This document shows, piece after piece, positions 56,539 through 64,000 of a DNA stretch of 64,000 bases. The notes under the pieces were generated by a model, which saw nothing but the letters and a program-made list of their open reading frames with translations, made no database searches and was not told the DNA's origin. The DNA lies in NCBI GenBank assembly GCA_965222375.1, contig CBDCTZ010000015.1, forward strand, positions 1,376,001 to 1,440,000, in the 5' to 3' direction. Each line of letters begins with the position of its first letter. The first letter of the stretch is position 1. Source of the stretch: Polyangiaceae bacterium (GTDB lineage Bacteria > Myxococcota_A > Polyangia > Polyangiales > Polyangiaceae). A program made the translations under genes and the position numbers.

Positions 56539-57614
56539 CAGGCCTCGTCTGCCCGTAACGACACGCCTGATTCCGCATCGAAGACGTGCACGTCTTCATC
56601 GCGAACGCCGAATTGCAGCGTGGTGCCAGGCGCGGGACGCTCGGTCCCCGCCAATCGCGCCACGAAGGGCTCGCCTCCCACGTGTGCATGGGCAAAAGAC
56701 TCACTGCCGAGGGCTTCCAGCACATCGACGTCGACCTGGATCCCCCCTTTGGGGTCGAGAACCACATCGTGAGGACGGATGCCGACCGCCACGGACTTCG
56801 GTGGCTTGGTCGCGGGCGCGGCCACGGAGAGTTCCAAGCCTTTGCCGCTGAGGAACAGACGGTCGCCCTTCAGTTCTGCTTCCGCGGGCAGGAAGTTCAT
56901 CGCCGGGCTGCCCAGGAAGGAGGCGACGAAACGAGTGCGGGGCCGCGCGTACACCTCGAGGGGCGGACCCGATTGTTCGACTTGGCCCTGATTGAGCACG
57001 AACAGGACGTCCGCCAGAGTCATGGCCTCGACCTGGTCGTGAGTCACGTAGATGCTCGTGGCGCCTAGGCGATCGTGGAGCTTACGAATATCCACCCGAA
57101 CCTGCGCGCGCAATGCGGCATCCAGGTTCGACAGCGGCTCGTCGAAGAGGAAGACTCGAGGACGCCGCGCAATCGCGCGCCCCATGGCGACTCGCTGCCG
57201 CTGACCACCAGAAAGCTGACGCGGAAAGCGCTCCAGCAGCGGCTCGAGGCCCAACATCTCACTGACTTCGCGGATGCGGGTTTCGATTTCCGACTTCGGT
57301 GCTTTTCGCAGGGTCAGCCCGAAGGCGAGATTGTCTCGGACCGTGAGGTGCGGGTACAGCGCGTAGGACTGAAACACCATCGCGATGTCACGGTCCCTGG
57401 GCGCCAAGCGAGTCACGTCCTGTTCGGCAAAGGACGTCTTGCCGCTGTCCGCCTCTTCGAGGCCGGCAATGATCCTGAGCAGCGTGGACTTGCCGCAGCC
57501 GCTCGGACCGACGAGCACGGCGAATCCTCCGTCGGGGACTTCAATGTCCACGCCTTTGAGCACCCGGGTCTGGCCGAAGCGCTTTTCAATGCTTTCCAGG
57601 AGAACTCGGGCCAC
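56535..57614 (-). CDS. Sugar ABC transporter ATPase (MalK/UgpC-like)
   Basis: GPSGCGKST; LSGGQRQRVAMGRA; DEPLSNLDA; VTHDQVEAMT; GTG start. Confidence 0.95.
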   Translation of the reverse strand: MARVLLESIEKRFGQTRVLKGVDIEVPDGGFAVLVGPSGCGKSTLLRIIAGLEEADSGKTSFAEQDVTRLAPRDRDIAMVFQSYALYPHLTVRDNLAFGLTLRKAPKSEIETRIREVSEMLGLEPLLERFPRQLSGGQRQRVAMGRAIARRPRVFLFDEPLSNLDAALRAQVRVDIRKLHDRLGATSIYVTHDQVEAMTLADVLFVLNQGQVEQSGPPLEVYARPRTRFVASFLGSPAMNFLPAEAELKGDRLFLSGKGLELSVAAPATKPPKSVAVGIRPHDVVLDPKGGIQVDVDVLEALGSESFAHAHVGGEPFVARLAGTERPAPGTTLQFGVRDEDVHVFDAESGVSLRADEAC

Positions 57615-57724
57615 GGCTTTCGGCGAGCATAAGCGCAGGCGGCGCCTGATCAGCAAGGGCCATCTGCGTCCAAAACGGGACGGTGCTTGCTCCCCCAGGC
57701 CAAGTTCTGCTCTTTTGAAGAGCA

Positions 57725-58528
57725 ATGCCCGAGCCATATCGGCTGATCACCCTCGGCCCGAGTCACTTCTGCGAGAAGGCCCGCTGGGCGCTTTCCCGCG
57801 CACGTGTGCCTTTTGTCGAGGAGCCGCACTTGCCGATGTTCCATGCCGCAGCCACCTATCGCGCAGGTGGGCGCCGCACGGTGCCGGTGCTCGTGACCGA
57901 CAGCGGGGTGCTCTGTGACTCCACGGACATCTTGGAGCTGGCAGATCGACAATGCGGAGGGCGCCTGTACGGAGTAGGTCCGGTACGAAAAGAGGCCAAA
58001 GCCTTGGAGGAGCGCCTCGACGCGCGGTTCGGACCGGACACCCGGCGCGTCGCCTATTTCTACGGCCTGGAGCGACGCGATTTGGTGCTGAAGTTCTTTG
58101 GAGCCGGCACGCCGCTGGTGGAGCGCGTGGGCAGCCGCCTGCTCTACCCGGTCATCCGAGGGGCCATTCGCCGAGGGTTGCGGATCACCCCAGCAGCAAC
58201 CAAGCGTTCGATCGCACGCATCGACGAAGTCTTCTCCGAAATGGGCGCTCGCCTCGAGGGCGGCAGTCGCTACCTCGCCGGCGACCAATTGACTGCAGCA
58301 GACATCACCTTCGCCGCTTTCGCGGCGCCAGTCATTTTGCCAGCCCAGTATGGCGTGCCCCTGCCAACCCTTGACGAAGCGCCGGAGGAATTCGCCGACT
58401 TGATACGTCGCTACCGCAAGACCCGCACCGGGCAGTTCGTGCTCGAGCTGTATCGAGACGAGCGGGATAGCGTGCTTCCAGCCAGCGGCACCGGCGGCGC
58501 CATCGATGAACAAGACCCCGCCGCGTGA
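57725..58528 (+). CDS. Glutathione S-transferase family protein
   Basis: SHFCEKARWAL; TVPVL; DSTDI; YLAGDQLTAADITFAA. Confidence 0.9.
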   Translation: MPEPYRLITLGPSHFCEKARWALSRARVPFVEEPHLPMFHAAATYRAGGRRTVPVLVTDSGVLCDSTDILELADRQCGGRLYGVGPVRKEAKALEERLDARFGPDTRRVAYFYGLERRDLVLKFFGAGTPLVERVGSRLLYPVIRGAIRRGLRITPAATKRSIARIDEVFSEMGARLEGGSRYLAGDQLTAADITFAAFAAPVILPAQYGVPLPTLDEAPEEFADLIRRYRKTRTGQFVLELYRDERDSVLPASGTGGAIDEQDPAA

Positions 58529-58600
58529 AACGAGGAGTGGGCGTGGCTAACCGTCAGCACCACGAACGGCACCTGCCGAGACTGTGATACGCTTTGGGAA

Positions 58601-59806
58601 ATGCTAACGCGTCTGCGAGTCCGCAACTTCCGTCTGCTTCGAGAGGTCGAGATTGACTTCGCGCCTGACGTGACGGTGTTCATCGGACCGAACGCGAGCG
58701 GAAAGAGCACCGTGTTGGCAGTGCTGGATTTCCTATCCAGGTGCGCAGAATCCGGCCTACTGACAGCCTTAACGGCCCACGGCGGGTACAACAGCATCCG
58801 AACCGCGGGCGAGGGCGGCAATATCGGTGTCGGAGTCGACTTGACCCTGACCTATCGCAAGGAACCGTGGCACCTCTCGTGGGACTTCGAGCTCGAATCC
58901 GATGCAGATGGAAGCATCGCCGTGCACTCGGAATCGTTGGTGCGATCAGTGGCGAGTGAACAACAAGAGGCACTTATTTCGACGAGCGAAGGCGTGCGGT
59001 GGGTAGTCGCAGAGGATGGCGCGAATGTTGGGCGCGTCAGCAATCGAGCAAAGCTGGCGTTTGAGTCATTGATGGATGACGACCGATTCCCGGCGCTCGG
59101 CGTGCTGCGAGTCCTCATGGCTGGTGCGAGAGTTCTAGGCAATATCGCCTCGGCTCCAGCGTGGGGTCGAGCGAACCCGAGCGACGCTTCACCCCGGGAC
59201 AGTCTGGTCTTGGCTCGGCAGCTATTCCTGGGGCGACAGGGTAACGGCCTCGCCAACGTGCTGTACGGAATTCAGACAGACTCGCCTGCGGAGTGGGAAG
59301 AACTGCAGCGGACGTTTCGCGCCGAGTTTCCGTTTGCTGGTCGCATCGTTTTTCCGGCCGACGTTGGTGGAGGGAAAATCTCGTTCGAGATCGAAGATAG
59401 CCGGTTCTACGGGCGGAGGGTCAGAGCGTCGGAACTGTCGGACGGGATCATCAGCTATCTTTGTCTGCTCGCTGCCGTGCTTCAGCCTCTGCAGCTGAGT
59501 GTGTTGGGATTGGATGAGCCGGATTGCAGTCTCCACCCTTCTGCGCTGCGTCGCTTCATGGCGCTCGCGCAATCTGAGCACCCCAAGCGACGCCTTGCTA
59601 TCGTGACTCACTCAAACGCGCTCCTTGATGAGCTGCGCGAGCCAGGCAAGTCGATTCGGATTATCGAACCAGGCGAAAAAGGCGCTGTCGTTCGCCGGCT
59701 AGATGGCGATTCCCTCAAGGCGTGGCGCAATGAATACTCTCTGTCGGACATGCGAAGAACCGGCCTACTTGACTCCGCAAATACCGAGTTTGATAGCGAG
59801 GCGTGA
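58601..59806 (+). CDS. ABC/SMC-type ATPase (AAA_21-like)
   Basis: GPNASGKST; LSDG signature; LDEPD; SLHP; VTHS. Confidence 0.9.
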   Translation: MLTRLRVRNFRLLREVEIDFAPDVTVFIGPNASGKSTVLAVLDFLSRCAESGLLTALTAHGGYNSIRTAGEGGNIGVGVDLTLTYRKEPWHLSWDFELESDADGSIAVHSESLVRSVASEQQEALISTSEGVRWVVAEDGANVGRVSNRAKLAFESLMDDDRFPALGVLRVLMAGARVLGNIASAPAWGRANPSDASPRDSLVLARQLFLGRQGNGLANVLYGIQTDSPAEWEELQRTFRAEFPFAGRIVFPADVGGGKISFEIEDSRFYGRRVRASELSDGIISYLCLLAAVLQPLQLSVLGLDEPDCSLHPSALRRFMALAQSEHPKRRLAIVTHSNALLDELREPGKSIRIIEPGEKGAVVRRLDGDSLKAWRNEYSLSDMRRTGLLDSANTEFDSEA

Positions 59807-60549
59807 TGCGCATCCTGGTCGCGTGGGAGGATCAGTACTTTCAACCGCTTCAGAGGATACTCAAGCGATGCATCTCCCTCACCAGGCCTGACGAAGCGAC
59901 TTTCCCCTCTGTCTTGTGCCACACAGCGAGGGGGAACTCAGCGTTCGAACCATATGTGTCTCGCACCTGGTCGTTGGCGTCGCGAAAAGGACTGCCGAGC
60001 AGTGCAGGCGCCATCGATCACCTGATCTGCGTCGCGGACGCTGACAAGCTGCATGAACTGATTCCTGAGATTTCGTCCGCAACTCCACCCACCGAGTTGG
60101 GCGATTGGCTTCACCACGCGGAATCGCTTTGGGAGCGGTGGCTCCGCTCACGGTGCACGACTGAGTGCGAACGAGTCCACGGTCGATTGCTGCGGTGGTC
60201 AAAGGAATCCGTCGCACTCGCGGCGTACGACCAGCCAGCAGGCCAGTCGCATCTTCGGATTGATACGTCGAGTGATCCGCTAAGGACTAGTCTAGAAAAC
60301 TGCACTCCATCGCCTCTGACTCTGGATGACACGGAATTCTGCTGCCACTACCGCAAACCTATGAATTGCTTGCAGTTGCTGCAACCGAAGCTCGCGAAGA
60401 ACTCGCCTGAGATAGACGACACCACATCCGACTTCACGCAGCATGGACTGGATCTGCTGCGGGTGCGCGTTCCAGATTTCGACCGTATCGCAAGTTTCAT
60501 CTGGTCGCTGGCCGCAGCGGACACGCCGCCGCCTTCGACCACAGACTAG
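59806..60549 (+). CDS. Putative TOPRIM-like protein (DUF4276/RloB/AriB-like partner)
   Basis: ILVAWED at N-terminus; LICVADAD (DxD); TGATG coupling to the ATPase. Confidence 0.6.
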   Translation: MRILVAWEDQYFQPLQRILKRCISLTRPDEATFPSVLCHTARGNSAFEPYVSRTWSLASRKGLPSSAGAIDHLICVADADKLHELIPEISSATPPTELGDWLHHAESLWERWLRSRCTTECERVHGRLLRWSKESVALAAYDQPAGQSHLRIDTSSDPLRTSLENCTPSPLTLDDTEFCCHYRKPMNCLQLLQPKLAKNSPEIDDTTSDFTQHGLDLLRVRVPDFDRIASFIWSLAAADTPPPSTTD

Positions 60550-61682
60550 TCAGTCCGTGCGTCCTCAGAGCCACGCTGGGCGCAAAGGCGTAGCCAATGG
60601 TCCGCGAGCACGATTGCGACCATTGCCTCCGCGATGGGTACGAAGCGCGGCAGTAGGCAGGGGTCATGGCGACCCTTGGTGCGAATCGTGGTGGCCTCGC
60701 CACGGCGGTCCACGGTGGCCTGCTCGCGAGGCAAGCTGCTAGTTGGTTTGACCGCGGCACGAAGGATGATCGGTGTTCCACTCGAAATGCCCCCGAGCAT
60801 GCCGCCGTGGTCGTTCTTGGAGGTCGTGATGTGGGGGTCGTGGGCTGCCCCGTCGGAAACGAAGGGATCGTTATGCTCGCTTCCTCGCTTGGTCGCGGCT
60901 GCGAAGCCCGACCCGTATTCGACCCCAACGACGCCAGGCAGACTGAACAGCGCCTTGGCCAACTCGGCTTTGAGCTTGTCAAAGACGGGTTCGCCCAACC
61001 CGGGAGGCACATAGGCAGCGACGATTTCCGCCACGCCACCGATGGAGTCTTGGTCTTTGCGCACGTCCTCGATGAGCCGCACCATCTGTTCCGCCGCGCC
61101 CGGGTCCGGGCACCGCACCAGGTTGGGCTCACCCGACGGCAGCTTCTCGACGGCCTCCGTTGTGACCGACGCAGGATCTGGAACCTGGGCAACGACGCTC
61201 CCAACCTGTTTCACGAACCCCACCACTCGACCGCCAAAGGCCTCGGCGATCAGCTTCTTTGCGACCGCGCCAGCAGCAACGCGCGCAACGGTTTCGCGAG
61301 CACTGGCTCGGCCACCGCCGCGGTAGTCTCGAAAGCCATACTTCTTGTCGTAGGTGAAGTCCGCGTGGCCGGGTCGGTACTTCTCTTTGATCTCGTCGTA
61401 GTCCCGGCTCTTTTGATCTTGGTTGCGAATCAAGATGGCCAGGCTGGTGCCGGTGGTGCGCCCCTCGAACACGCCGGATATGATTTCTGCTTCATCTGCT
61501 TCGTTGCGCTGTGTCACGAGGTGGCTCTGCCCCGGGCGTCGGCGCGCCAAATCGACCCGCAGATCCTCAGCACAAAGCGGCAAACCAGGGGGACACCCAT
61601 CGATGATCACGACGTTGGCGGGACCATGTGACTCGCCCGCGGTCGTGATGACGAACGCCTGTCCGAAGCTATTGCCGGCCAT
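60546..61682 (-). CDS. aroC: Chorismate synthase
   Basis: TAGESHG; RPGHAD; RGGGRASARET; KPTSS; GRHDPC. Confidence 0.97.
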   Translation of the reverse strand: MAGNSFGQAFVITTAGESHGPANVVIIDGCPPGLPLCAEDLRVDLARRRPGQSHLVTQRNEADEAEIISGVFEGRTTGTSLAILIRNQDQKSRDYDEIKEKYRPGHADFTYDKKYGFRDYRGGGRASARETVARVAAGAVAKKLIAEAFGGRVVGFVKQVGSVVAQVPDPASVTTEAVEKLPSGEPNLVRCPDPGAAEQMVRLIEDVRKDQDSIGGVAEIVAAYVPPGLGEPVFDKLKAELAKALFSLPGVVGVEYGSGFAAATKRGSEHNDPFVSDGAAHDPHITTSKNDHGGMLGGISSGTPIILRAAVKPTSSLPREQATVDRRGEATTIRTKGRHDPCLLPRFVPIAEAMVAIVLADHWLRLCAQRGSEDARTD

Positions 61683-61774
61683 GCGCCGAGATATTACACC
61701 TCCCGCGGCGCCTGCCCGTTTGCGGCGGTGCTTTTCAACCGTTTCGAGACCATTTGCCGCGCGAGAACACCACC

Positions 61775-62938
61775 ATGACCACAGCCGCCCTGACCCAGCT
61801 CACCGACGAAGAACGCATGTTCCGGGACTCCGTGCTCTCGTTCGCTCGCGAACAGGTCGCACCCAAGGTCGCTGCCATGGACCACGAGGGTGCGTTGGAC
61901 AAGTCCCTGCTACCCAAGCTCTTCGAGCTCGGAGTCATGGGCATCGAGGTCCCGGGGGAGTGGGGTGGCGCCGAGAGTTCGTTCTTCAACGCCATCCAAG
62001 CGGTAGAGGCATTTGCGGTCGTGGACCCGAGCATCAGCGTACTGGTCGACGTTCAGAATACTCTGGTCAACAACTGCATTCTGCGCTGGGCCAACAAGGA
62101 GCAGAAGGATCGCTACTTCCCGAAGATGACGAGCGAGTGGGTGGGCTCCTACGCCCTCAGTGAGAGCGGTTCCGGATCCGACGCCTTCGCCTTGGCCACC
62201 CGGGCCGAGAAGAAGGGTGACAAGTGGGTCCTCAACGGCCGCAAGCTGTGGATCACGAACGGCGGCGAGAGCTCCCTCTTCATCGTGTTCGCCAATGTGG
62301 CGCCGGACAAGGGCTACAAAGGCATCACCGCCTTCCTGGTCGAAAAGGACTTCAAGGGCTTCACCGTCGGCAAGAAGGAAGACAAGCTGGGCATTCGCGC
62401 TTCGAGCACGACAGAGTTGGTACTCGAGGACTGCGAAGTCCCGGAAGCAAACGTGCTCGGCGAAGTGGGCAAGGGCTACAAGATCGCCATCGAAACCCTG
62501 AACGAAGGTCGCATCGGCATCGGCGCCCAGATGATCGGCCTATGTCAGGGTGCATTCGACTACGCCATGGGCTACATGGCCGAGCGCAAGCAGTTCGGAA
62601 AGCCCATCATCGGTTTCCAGGGCCTCGAGTTCCAGTACGCACAGGTTGCCACGGAAATGGAGGCAGCCCGGCTCATGGTCTACAACGCCGCGCGCCTCAA
62701 GGATGCCGGCGTGCCGTTCGTGAAAGAAGCGGCCATGGCAAAGCTATTCGCTTCGCAGGTCGCAGAGCGGTGTGCGTCCCTGTGCGTGGAGTTTGTGGGC
62801 GGTGTGGGCTTCACCAAGGAGTACCCCTTGGAGAAGTTCTTCCGCGACGCCAAGATCGGCAAGATCTACGAAGGCACGAGCAACATGCAGCTGGCCACCA
62901 TTGGCAAACTGCTGCGCACCGAGTACGCGGCAACCTGA
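61775..62938 (+). CDS. Acyl-CoA dehydrogenase (short/branched-chain type)
   Basis: YALSESGSGSDA; LNGRKLWITNG; KLGIRASST; GRIGIGAQ; IYEGTSNMQ. Confidence 0.95.
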   Translation: MTTAALTQLTDEERMFRDSVLSFAREQVAPKVAAMDHEGALDKSLLPKLFELGVMGIEVPGEWGGAESSFFNAIQAVEAFAVVDPSISVLVDVQNTLVNNCILRWANKEQKDRYFPKMTSEWVGSYALSESGSGSDAFALATRAEKKGDKWVLNGRKLWITNGGESSLFIVFANVAPDKGYKGITAFLVEKDFKGFTVGKKEDKLGIRASSTTELVLEDCEVPEANVLGEVGKGYKIAIETLNEGRIGIGAQMIGLCQGAFDYAMGYMAERKQFGKPIIGFQGLEFQYAQVATEMEAARLMVYNAARLKDAGVPFVKEAAMAKLFASQVAERCASLCVEFVGGVGFTKEYPLEKFFRDAKIGKIYEGTSNMQLATIGKLLRTEYAAT

Positions 62939-63148
62939 TCGACCCAACCCGACCCGGGTCTGGCTCAGGGACCTCGGGCGGCGTGCCTCGGCTTCGGGCT
63001 TGCACCTGCAGGTGTTGCTCCCGGGACTGCCGGGCGTCCCTTTGGGCGTCGGATTTCAGGGGATCCTGAGATTCCACTCAAGGTTTCAGTGCCATTTTGT
63101 GCTGTTCTGTGGAGCGCAGAAGGGGCACACCGCATTGGAGCACGACCC

Positions 63149-64000
63149 ATGAGACTCACGACGACCGCTGTTTTCGCAAGTTGCTTCGCCTTGAACATCG
63201 GCTGCCAGTTCGGCGAGCGCGTCGAGCACGACGTCGAGCATGGCTATGCCGACAAGAGGGTCATGGCCACAGATCCCGAAGGCGAACACGTGTTGACTTC
63301 GGACGTGGACGCGAAGCTGTTTCGAATCTTCAAACGCGACGGCACGCAGGTGGGCAGCCTGCCTTGGGCCTCCGCGGGCTACACCGGCGGGGACGAGTCG
63401 GCTCGCGGGCCTTTCAACGGGGCAGCCACAGGTTATGGCCTCGCGGGTTTCTTCGTTGCCGGTGGCGATAGCAAGGTGCATTGGATCTTCCCCTTCCTAC
63501 AAGGCACCTGGGGTACGGTGGTGTGGGACGAGGTGCCAGACAACGCGCAGACCGAGGGGCGCGTCAAAGTCTGCGACATGACGTCGGGCCCGGACGGTTC
63601 TTGGTACGTGCTGGCAGGGGAGCGCACCGGATTGCTCGATTCTTGGGCGCGCGGGGCCGCCTGGATCTACAAGCGAGCGCCCGACGGAGTTTGGAGCAGC
63701 GCCCAGCTGGCCCTGCACACGGTCTACACGTCCGCGCTCTGCGGGCGCGTCGCTTTCGACGTGCTGTCTCGCCGCCTGCTCTTTGGCGACATGTATCGGG
63801 AACGAGTGCGCAAATTCGACGAGAACTTGAACGAGGTTGGCTCCTTTCCTCTGCCGTCAGCCCGAGGACTCATCGATATGGATGCCCTCTCCGGCTACAC
63901 CTACGTCGCCGCATGCGCCGGGGCGTTCTGCGGAACACCACGCTTGAGGATCTACAATGGCGACGGTCTGCAATTGGACTCGAGGTCCGTCAGCGAAGTA
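63149..64000 (+). CDS. Partial lipoprotein, probable beta-propeller (runs off window)
   Basis: MRLTTTAVFASCFALNIGC lipobox; SD ggag; frame open to the window end; DMTSGPDGSWYVL-type blade motifs. Confidence 0.65.
   Translation, partial: MRLTTTAVFASCFALNIGCQFGERVEHDVEHGYADKRVMATDPEGEHVLTSDVDAKLFRIFKRDGTQVGSLPWASAGYTGGDESARGPFNGAATGYGLAGFFVAGGDSKVHWIFPFLQGTWGTVVWDEVPDNAQTEGRVKVCDMTSGPDGSWYVLAGERTGLLDSWARGAAWIYKRAPDGVWSSAQLALHTVYTSALCGRVAFDVLSRRLLFGDMYRERVRKFDENLNEVGSFPLPSARGLIDMDALSGYTYVAACAGAFCGTPRLRIYNGDGLQLDSRSVSEV

Noticed and set aside
1..64000. tRNA, rRNA, transposase, integrase or prophage genes
   Set aside because: None recognised by eye; tRNAscan-SE, Infernal and ISEScan would be needed to exclude them formally

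Overview
High-GC bacterial chromosomal window. Gene content points to a myxobacterium, probably Polyangiales/Polyangiaceae-like (inference): many Cys-rich lipoproteins with Gly-rich linkers, CglB-like vWA lipoproteins and stand-alone PilZ proteins. Housekeeping blocks are a MoxR-DUF58-BatA-vWA operon, pilZ-dinG/yoaA-MBL hydrolase, a PpiD-like chaperone plus M16 peptidase, ilvE, pal-tolQRAB, mfd, tdk, a sugar ABC importer with a binding-protein/permease fusion, GST, aroC and an acyl-CoA dehydrogenase. Accessory patches lie at about 6.4-10.9, 19.9-22.6, 49-52.7 and 58.6-60.5 kb. Most notable: (1) a four-helix-bundle gene with an RBS-sequestering hairpin next to a ~290-bp palindromic, hexamer-phased repeat block; (2) a translationally coupled ABC/SMC-type ATPase plus divergent TOPRIM-like gene pair, a candidate anti-phage system; (3) a receiver domain fused to a histone-H1-like tandem-repeat tail; (4) twin hairpins with a compensatory indel downstream of mfd; (5) several gene remnants and a frameshift. 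No rRNA, tRNA, CRISPR array, transposase, integrase or reverse transcriptase was recognised. All calls come from reading motifs by eye; no database search was run, and many start codons are best guesses.
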